NCBI GenBank assembly: GCA_050952625.1
Contig: JBMNLH010000001.1
Coordinates: 1,120,001 to 1,184,000, forward strand
DNA length: 64,000 bases
Direction of reading: 5' to 3'
Source of the DNA: Bacillota bacterium
GTDB lineage: Bacteria; Bacillota; Ch66; Ch109
A model generated the notes under the pieces. It made no database searches. It had not been told where the DNA came from and saw nothing but the letters and a program-made list of their open reading frames with translations. This document shows positions 57,187 through 64,000 of this stretch, one piece after another. Made by a program: the position numbers and the translations under genes. Numbering within the stretch: the first letter of the stretch is position 1; each line of letters starts with the position of its first letter.

Positions 57187-58851
57187 GTGCCTCTAGTTAG
57201 ACGTTATCGCCATCTGACTCGATACCGTGAGATTGCTAATGTCCTGGCTCGCCACGGGTTCGGCTTTCTTTTTGACCAGGCCGGCTTACGTGATCTTCTT
57301 CAACGCAAAAGTATGGCAGAAGGGGTTAAACGCAAGGGGCACCTGACAGCACCTGAGCGAGTGTTCCATGCTTTAAACGAATTAGGCCCTACCTTTGTGA
57401 AGATGGGTCAAATCTTAAGTACACGGCCTGATATTATCCCCTGGTCCTATCTTGAACAACTGGAAAAACTTCAAGATATGGTTCAACCGTTTTCTTTTGC
57501 TCAGGTTCAGGAGGTTTTTTACCAAGAACAGGACAAGACACTTGACGATGTTTTTATAAAATTTGAGCCTGAACCTATTGCCTCCGCTTCTATTGCCCAG
57601 GTGCATAGAGCCTTTTTAATAACCGGCGAAGCAGTTGTGGTCAAGGTCCAGAGACCAGATATCCAACGCACAATTGAAATTGATTTAGAAATCCTTTTTG
57701 ATCTCGCCCGTCTCCTGGAGACAAAAACGGTCTGGGGAAAACACTATGGATTAGTAGATATTGTCGAAGAGTTTGCTCAATCATTAAGAGCGGAACTTGA
57801 TTTTACTGCCGAAGGACGTAATGGTGAGCGTTTTGTCAATTTATTCAAAGATGATCCAACCGTGGTAATCCCTCGGGTTTATTGGGAATACTCAACCCGT
57901 CATGTGCTAGTTATGGAATATATTGACGGCATCAAAATGTCGGCGACGAACCGGTTACGCGAGGCTGGGTATGACCTGCGGCTAATTGGCCAAAATTTTG
58001 TTAATGCGATAATGAAGCAGATTTATATATTTGGTTTTTTTCACTCTGACCCCCATCCCGGGAATCTGTCTGTTCTTTCGGGTGAACGCGTCGTATTTAT
58101 GGATTTTGGCCAGGTAGGTCGAATCGATGAACCAACTAAGCAAAAGGCCGTCAATTTGGTTCTAGCCATGGTCCGCTATGATGTAGATGCTGTCATGCGA
58201 GGTCTGCTTGACATAGGAGTGGTCCAACGTAAAATTAACTGGGCCCATCTCCGGCGGGATATTAGTCGGTTGCAGCAAAAATATTACGGATTACCTTTTT
58301 CGGAGATTTCTGTAGGTGAGGCCTTGCGAGAGCTTGTCGATATTTCTTTTCGTTATAAAATTCGAATTCCGCCTGAATTTGCCTTGGCCATCAAGTGTTT
58401 AGTTACTAGCGAGGGGGTTTTGCAGCAGTTAGATCCTCAAATTAGTCTCCTTGAATTGGCCGAGCCCTTTGCCAGACGGATTGTCCGACAACGAATGGCC
58501 CCGACGGAGATTAAGCGTACTCTTGTGCGCTCAGCCCTAGAGTTTTCTGAATTTGCCCGTCGTTTACCTAGGCAAGTGGAAAATATCCTCGGCCTAATGG
58601 AGGAAGGGGAGTTTAAAATACAGCTTGAACATCAAAATCTGCAGCGGTTTTCCCTACGACTGAATATGATCGCGAATCGAATTACGCTTAGTATCTTAAT
58701 CGCCAGTCTAATTGTTGGCTCTTCATTGATTGTTAATCGGACTCAGGGTACGTTTCTCAGCAATTTGCCGATTGCTGAGGTTGGTTACGTTTTTGCGGCA
58801 GCTATGGGTTTCTGGCTAGTTGTGTCAATAATTCGCTCAGGCAGATTCTAG
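57187..58851 (+). CDS. ABC1/UbiB (AarF) family kinase
   Basis: LGPTFVK.GQ.LSTRPD, ASASIAQVH.A, VVKVQRP, FFHSDPHPGN and DFG. Confidence 0.92.
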   Translation: MPLVRRYRHLTRYREIANVLARHGFGFLFDQAGLRDLLQRKSMAEGVKRKGHLTAPERVFHALNELGPTFVKMGQILSTRPDIIPWSYLEQLEKLQDMVQPFSFAQVQEVFYQEQDKTLDDVFIKFEPEPIASASIAQVHRAFLITGEAVVVKVQRPDIQRTIEIDLEILFDLARLLETKTVWGKHYGLVDIVEEFAQSLRAELDFTAEGRNGERFVNLFKDDPTVVIPRVYWEYSTRHVLVMEYIDGIKMSATNRLREAGYDLRLIGQNFVNAIMKQIYIFGFFHSDPHPGNLSVLSGERVVFMDFGQVGRIDEPTKQKAVNLVLAMVRYDVDAVMRGLLDIGVVQRKINWAHLRRDISRLQQKYYGLPFSEISVGEALRELVDISFRYKIRIPPEFALAIKCLVTSEGVLQQLDPQISLLELAEPFARRIVRQRMAPTEIKRTLVRSALEFSEFARRLPRQVENILGLMEEGEFKIQLEHQNLQRFSLRLNMIANRITLSILIASLIVGSSLIVNRTQGTFLSNLPIAEVGYVFAAAMGFWLVVSIIRSGRF

Positions 58852-58889
58852 TGATAAATAATATGTTGTATACCGCCAATCGCTAACCG

Positions 58890-60824
58890 GTGTTAAAAAC
58901 ATGGTACGATTGGGTTTTCAAGATGTATGATTGTTTTGGGAGGAATTTAATGGGTGGGACAATTGAAACCGGGTGCGTTGAGGCGAAAAATGATGATTCG
59001 GATAATCCGGTAATAATTCTGGGGGCTGGAACAACGGCAGCCCTGGTTGCTCAACATTTGGCTGAGAATTTCCCGGTTCTACAAGTTGAATGGGGAACAG
59101 TTTCAGACTTCCCCTTGTTTAATGTGTTAAGTGACAAACGAATTAAGAACATTCAACGACATCTAAAATGGAATAGGGTAAAAGCGGCTGCGTTACTGGA
59201 TTGGTCGGGTCAAATCGGAGAATTTCAATTACGGATCAAACTTGATGATGGGTCCATTAAGACTTTTTGGGGTCAAGCGGTTGTGATCGCGCTAGATTGT
59301 CCATCTGGCCCAGTTGAATTAGCCCGATTTTCTAAAGGATTAGGCGATTCCTTGCATTCGTTTGTTAATCCTTCAAATCCTAATCCTTCAAATCCTAATC
59401 CTCCAAAGACTGGCTGGAGCAACCCTTCAGAAAGCTTGTCTATATTGGGTTCAATAAAAGACCATTCAGTAATTGCTTTCATCTTGGGTTCCGGCGGTTT
59501 GGAAGCGGTAGCCCCAACTTATCTAGCTTTAGATTATGCCTATAAACTAAGAGTACAGGACGCTTACTCGGTTTGCATTTTCCACGGAGAGTTGCCGTTA
59601 GCGGCTGACCGCCTGGAAGAATTATATCAGGCCGGACGATCGGCCGGGGTGGAGTTCTACCGCTATCAAGAGCCGCTACTTATTGATGATCAGGGCGGGC
59701 ATAAGAGGGTAGTCTATCGTGATCCTTTCTTGCCCAAACATTTTCCGCCTTTGGACATTAAAGTTGATCAAGTAGTTATAGCTGAGGATTTCTTACCACC
59801 ATTGGAGATTAGAAAAATTGTTGCCCTGACTGGTCTGATGGTCGGGTCAGACGGTTTCTTATCACTTGAAGGATTACCTGGCAGTTCAGGACAAACAAAC
59901 CGGCCGGGTATTTATTGTGTAGGAATGGCCCATGGTCCAGCGCGAATTCTAGAACTATGGGATGAGATCGAAGCGGTTAGAATAGATTTGCTCGTTAAGG
60001 ATATGTCTATTAAAGCCTCAAGAGATTCGGCTAAAATCCCACTATTTACGCCACAAAACGTAACTGCAGGAAAAGCATTAGGTCTCGTGGCTCAGGTCGA
60101 TCCTTCTCGCTGCGCCTTATGTTTAACCTGTCTGCGACTATGTCCACATCGAGCCATAGAATTAAACGAGTGTCCAGAACGGATCGACCGCGGTCAACTC
60201 TATCGGCAAACTGCTTGGATTCATCCTCTGGGCTGTCTGGGCTGCGGAATATGTTTAGCCGAGTGTCCGGCGCAAGCGATCAATTGGGTTGATCTTTCTG
60301 CCCAGACAGCTAACGAAGATTTGATTTTGTTATTATATGAAAACGGTCAGCTTTATCGTCAAGGCAAACAAAACCAGGATTCAATAGAGAGAGGCCTTAA
60401 GAAGCCAGTATTCTCTTTACTTGGCTTGGCCTGTTCTCAGTCAGGATTTTTGGCCGCCAGCAGTCTTCCCCTGCTAGCGGATGATGCCTCAAACAGCAAT
60501 CAACTGTTGGCAGAGGTTCGGGTCCAAGCAGTTCCCTGTGCCGGACAAATCGATGAACTAATGGTTCTTCAGGCACTGTCCGCCAAAGTTGATGCTGTTT
60601 TAGTCTGGCCTTGTTACCCTGAAGCGTGTCATCACCAGTATGGTAATCTACGGGCTCGGCACCGGCTTAGGCTAACTGAGCGAAGATTAGAGGAAATCGG
60701 TTTATCTGAACGAATAGCGGTGGCTCCACTGTCCGGCTTGAGTCAGAGTCTGCTTTTAGACAGTATAACGAAAATGGTTGATCGGTTGAAGCTGCCGAAA
60801 CCGGTAGTCATTAAAAATACTTAA
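58890..60824 (+). CDS. HdrA-like flavoprotein / 2x[4Fe-4S] / MvhD fusion (QmoB-like)
   Basis: Degenerate GAG Rossmann motif, TNRPGIY..G..HGP, CALCLTCLRLCP and CLGCGICLAECP, MvhD-type VPCAG.ID and C...ACHH..GN. Start codon uncertain. Confidence 0.7.
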   Translation: MLKTWYDWVFKMYDCFGRNLMGGTIETGCVEAKNDDSDNPVIILGAGTTAALVAQHLAENFPVLQVEWGTVSDFPLFNVLSDKRIKNIQRHLKWNRVKAAALLDWSGQIGEFQLRIKLDDGSIKTFWGQAVVIALDCPSGPVELARFSKGLGDSLHSFVNPSNPNPSNPNPPKTGWSNPSESLSILGSIKDHSVIAFILGSGGLEAVAPTYLALDYAYKLRVQDAYSVCIFHGELPLAADRLEELYQAGRSAGVEFYRYQEPLLIDDQGGHKRVVYRDPFLPKHFPPLDIKVDQVVIAEDFLPPLEIRKIVALTGLMVGSDGFLSLEGLPGSSGQTNRPGIYCVGMAHGPARILELWDEIEAVRIDLLVKDMSIKASRDSAKIPLFTPQNVTAGKALGLVAQVDPSRCALCLTCLRLCPHRAIELNECPERIDRGQLYRQTAWIHPLGCLGCGICLAECPAQAINWVDLSAQTANEDLILLLYENGQLYRQGKQNQDSIERGLKKPVFSLLGLACSQSGFLAASSLPLLADDASNSNQLLAEVRVQAVPCAGQIDELMVLQALSAKVDAVLVWPCYPEACHHQYGNLRARHRLRLTERRLEEIGLSERIAVAPLSGLSQSLLLDSITKMVDRLKLPKPVVIKNT

Positions 60825-60857
60825 GTATCCTTAAGTCATGCCAAGGAGTTGGGGTAA

Positions 60858-61562
60858 TTGATTATCGCCGAAAGGAAACCTTTAACTGAGATCTGGCGGT
60901 TGATTGAGTCTTATCGTCAAATATTAGTGGTTGGATGCCGGGGTTGTGTGACAGTCTGTTTGGCTGGCGGAGCGAGGGAGGTTGCTAATCTTGCCAACTT
61001 ATTACATCTAGCAGCGCGTGAGCATGGATATCCGATGACAATTCTGCAACACACGGTCGAGAGGCAATGCGAGTATGAGTTTGTTCAGCCCTTGGCTGCG
61101 TATGGTCAAGAAGATTGTCCGATCGAAGCAGTAGTCTCGTTGGGTTGTGGTATTGGGGTCCAGGCAGTTGCCGAATGTTTGCCTGACATACCAGTATACC
61201 CAGGGCTGAATACCAGCTTTTTGGGGATGCCAGAACGATCTGGCCGCTGGGTCGAACGCTGTCATGCTTGTGGTCAATGCCTACTGGATAAAACCGGGGG
61301 GATTTGTCCCATCGCCCGTTGTGCGAAAAACCTGCTAAACGGACCCTGTGGCGGTTCGCAAGAAGGAAAGTGTGAAATAGGAGGCGGGACAGACTGCGCC
61401 TGGCAATTAATCTATGACAAATTATCTCGACTAAACCAACTAGACCGCCTCAAGGAAATTGCTCTTCCAAAAGATTGGTCAAAGGATCGGGATGGTGGAC
61501 CGCGTCGATTATGTAGAGAAGACTGGGAGGAGGATCATTTCACAGATGAAGTCAGAGAGTAA
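60858..61562 (+). CDS. metV: Methylene-THF reductase small Fe-S subunit MetV
   Basis: MII.E.KP, GC.GC..VC..GG, RQC, C..CG.C.L..TGGICP..RC.K...NGPCGG and CAW. Confidence 0.85.
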   Translation: MIIAERKPLTEIWRLIESYRQILVVGCRGCVTVCLAGGAREVANLANLLHLAAREHGYPMTILQHTVERQCEYEFVQPLAAYGQEDCPIEAVVSLGCGIGVQAVAECLPDIPVYPGLNTSFLGMPERSGRWVERCHACGQCLLDKTGGICPIARCAKNLLNGPCGGSQEGKCEIGGGTDCAWQLIYDKLSRLNQLDRLKEIALPKDWSKDRDGGPRRLCREDWEEDHFTDEVRE

Positions 61563-62463
61563 TCTGGAAAAGGTCTTGCGGGCAGGTCATTTTGCTGTTA
61601 CGACCGAAATTGGGCCTCCTAAAAGCTGTGATGCTGAGGTGGTTCGCCGGCACGGTGAAACTTTACGTGGCTATGCTGATGCCTATAATGTAACCGATAA
61701 CCAAACCGCTATTGTGCGTTTGTCAAGTGTGGCTGCCTGTGCCATTTTAACTGGAATGGGGCTTGAACCAGTGCTGCAAATGACTTGCCGAGATCGAAAT
61801 CGGATTGCCCTGCAATCGGATCTGTTAGGCGCAGCGGCCTTGGGAATCCGCAACGTACTGTGTTTAACCGGTGACCACCAGAGTTTCGGCAATCACCCCG
61901 ACTCCAAAAATGTCTTTGACTTGGATTCCATTCAGTTAATTCATACTGTTCGCCTGATGCGGGATAAGGGGCAATTTTTGTGCGGCGAAGAAATGAAGGT
62001 TAAGCCCCGTCTGTTTATTGGCGGTGTGGTTAATCCGTTTGCCGATCCTTTTGAATTTAGAGTAACCCGGTTAGCCAAAAAAATTGCGGCCGGGGCCGAC
62101 TTTGTTCAAACTCAGGCTATTCTAGATATGCCAAGATTTGAACGATTCATGAAAAAAGTTAGAGAGGTTGGCTTACATGAACAGGTATTTATCCTGGCTG
62201 GTTTAATGCCAATCAAATCGGCGCGGATGGCCAGATACATGCAAAAGAATGTTGCTGGGATGATGGTCTCAGAAGAAATCTGCCAGCGTTTAGAAAGAGC
62301 CGAAGATGTCAAGGCTGAGGCTGTCAAGCTAGTAGTGGAACAGATCGAACAGATCCGACAGATTGAAGGAGTGGCTGGGGTTCATCTAATGGCTGTAGCC
62401 TGGGAAGAAATTATTCCGGCAATTGTGGAGCAGGCTGGCTTATACCCTCGGCCATCTTTATGA
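61546..62463 (+). CDS. metF: Methylenetetrahydrofolate reductase
   Basis: ATG at 61546; T.E.GPP, NVTDNQ, QMTCRDRNR, LTGDH, KK..AGADF.QTQ and GVH.M. Confidence 0.9.
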   Translation: MKSESNLEKVLRAGHFAVTTEIGPPKSCDAEVVRRHGETLRGYADAYNVTDNQTAIVRLSSVAACAILTGMGLEPVLQMTCRDRNRIALQSDLLGAAALGIRNVLCLTGDHQSFGNHPDSKNVFDLDSIQLIHTVRLMRDKGQFLCGEEMKVKPRLFIGGVVNPFADPFEFRVTRLAKKIAAGADFVQTQAILDMPRFERFMKKVREVGLHEQVFILAGLMPIKSARMARYMQKNVAGMMVSEEICQRLERAEDVKAEAVKLVVEQIEQIRQIEGVAGVHLMAVAWEEIIPAIVEQAGLYPRPSL

Positions 62464-62524
62464 TTTTAATAAATCAGTTAATGACAACCCACAGAAAAGA
62501 GGTGGCGAGGCGTAGCCGTGACCA

Positions 62525-63634
62525 ATGAAATACCCGATAATTATTATTGGCGGAGGAATAGCGGGCATGGCCGCTGCTCTGGAAATAGCCAAAGCCGGCC
62601 TAGAAGTGTTACTTATTGAAAAAAATGAATCATTGGGAGGCCAAGCCGCGGCCTTTGCCTGCATGGCGACGAATCAATGTCAAAAGTGTGGTGCTTGTTT
62701 CGCTCTTCAATTAAAGGCTGAAGTGGCAACCCAACCAAAAATAAAAGTAATGACTAGTTATGAAGTGATTGAGGTTGCGGTTAACGCTCCTACAGTTGAA
62801 AAATCAGATCGGAAAAGCTCGTCAACCCAGTACTTGGTTAAAATGCAACTAGTTACGGGCAAGCCGGATAATTCCAGGACATCGATAGTTGTCTTTAGGA
62901 CAGAAGTAGTTTTAATTGCTTCTGGTTACCAGCCGTTTTCTGCTGAAGTCCGGGGAGAATACGGCTATGGTCGCTATCTTCGGGTTGTTACTAGCTTAGA
63001 CCTTGAACAGGTTTGGCGAAAACATGGAAATCTTAAGTCGGCATATGGTCATTTAAGCCAAGTAGCTTTTATTCAGTGTATTGGTAGTCGGGATCGCAGA
63101 ACGGGCAATCCTTACTGTTCAAAGGTTTGCTGCGGTTATAGTTGGCGAATGGCCCGGCGGATGCAATGGGATTATCCAGAGGTTGAGATTAATATTTTTT
63201 ATATGGATTTCCAAGGGAGCAGATGTGATTTCCTCTCGGATTTAAACCCACGACGTTTAAATAATAAAAAGATATCCTTGGTTAGAAGCATTCCTTCACG
63301 GGCTTATCAACTTCCCGGACAAAAGGTAGTGTTAGATTGGGAAGCAACTGAGTCGGGACAAAAAGCCCAAGCGGAATTTGACCTGGTAGTTCTGTCTGTT
63401 GGGATTGTGGCTAGTGATTTTAATTATAAGCTCAACCAGCAGTTAAACTTTCCGATTGATAAAGGAGGATTTCTCTTGCCGGGGAGCAACTGTCGGGAAA
63501 GGCCTCAAGGCGACTTGCTAGCTGGAGTTTTCTGCGCTGGCACCTGCAGTGGAGCGGCTGATATTTGGACAACGATAATTCAGGGTAAAAGTATAGCGGG
63601 TCAAATAGTGGATTTTTTAAATTCTAACCATTAG
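62525..63634 (+). CDS. hdrA: HdrA-like FAD/Fe-S subunit (QmoA-like, short)
   Basis: IIGGGIAGMAAA, EK...LGG, FIQCIGSRD....YCSKVCC, DLVVLSVG and GVF.AG.C.G. Confidence 0.75.
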   Translation: MKYPIIIIGGGIAGMAAALEIAKAGLEVLLIEKNESLGGQAAAFACMATNQCQKCGACFALQLKAEVATQPKIKVMTSYEVIEVAVNAPTVEKSDRKSSSTQYLVKMQLVTGKPDNSRTSIVVFRTEVVLIASGYQPFSAEVRGEYGYGRYLRVVTSLDLEQVWRKHGNLKSAYGHLSQVAFIQCIGSRDRRTGNPYCSKVCCGYSWRMARRMQWDYPEVEINIFYMDFQGSRCDFLSDLNPRRLNNKKISLVRSIPSRAYQLPGQKVVLDWEATESGQKAQAEFDLVVLSVGIVASDFNYKLNQQLNFPIDKGGFLLPGSNCRERPQGDLLAGVFCAGTCSGAADIWTTIIQGKSIAGQIVDFLNSNH

Positions 63635-63688
63635 TGTCATTTTTTTACCGCCTGTTGAATAGCAATTAATTGAACAGGTGGTGAAAAT

Positions 63689-64000
63689 ATGAATTGGTTA
63701 ATTGAAGAGTCAATAACCAAGAATCAGACTGAAGCTGAAATTCTCGAAAAAGTTGATTGGCTCATTGCTTATCTTACAGCCAGTGAACTGGCGAATCAAA
63801 CCCAACGAAACCAGGAATTAGAACCTCATGCAATTGAGATTGTGCAAGAAATAATCGAACTTTTTTTAGATAGATTTCCTCAGGCAGAACCATATTTGGA
63901 TATTGCCTTAAACCAACTAGTAAATCAAAAGCTTACAGAACCAGATTTGCTGCTGCAAAACTTAGATCTCTCGGCTAGTCTGGACCGGATAGTTAAAGAG
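63689..64000 (+). CDS. Hypothetical protein, 5' part only (runs off window)
   Basis: ATG after AGGTGGTG; frame open to the end of the window (MNWLIEESITKNQTEAEILEKVDWL...). Confidence 0.55.
   Translation, partial: MNWLIEESITKNQTEAEILEKVDWLIAYLTASELANQTQRNQELEPHAIEIVQEIIELFLDRFPQAEPYLDIALNQLVNQKLTEPDLLLQNLDLSASLDRIVKE

Noticed and set aside
189-62664. Numerous short antisense or overlapping ORFs in the track (e.g. 420..758, 19108..19557, 36672..37106, 41479..41880)
   Set aside because: They are shadows of well-supported genes and have no RBS or motifs.
1-64000. CRISPR array or rRNA genes
   Set aside because: No regularly spaced direct repeats, cas genes or rRNA signatures were seen.

Overview
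This is a chromosomal window from an anaerobic Bacillota member (Clostridia, Peptococcaceae/Syntrophomonadaceae-like; the taxonomy is inferred). Positions 1-6.7 kb are a decayed accessory region. It holds two secreted proteins, hicB with a decapitated hicA, an XRE + ImmA/IrrE + PIN triad, a degenerate type I toxin-antitoxin locus, a frameshifted IS4-family element, and an sdpR-sdpI cassette bracketed by ~120-bp MITE-like repeats, and it ends at tRNA-Pro. The rest is mostly core energy metabolism: menaquinone prenylation genes, tatC-fdnGHI(Sec)-fdhE-tatA, a siroheme/Ahb heme operon, etfB-etfA-EMO (DUF224) with thiolase and coaD, tRNA-Leu, and an 11-subunit complex I without nuoEFG. It also has an ECF sigma/anti-sigma pair, a NiCo-riboswitch-controlled CDF transporter, a phasin-like/ABC1 kinase pair, and metVF flanked by QmoA/B-like hdrA-mvhD genes. 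The most unexplained signals are three large, highly base-paired, ORF-free regions that I cannot assign to a known RNA family (~9.97-10.34 kb, ~36.05-36.30 kb, ~42.12-42.32 kb), plus a recurring SigH-type promoter ahead of five acyl-CoA, quinone and formate operons. All assignments come from motif reading by eye; no searches were run.
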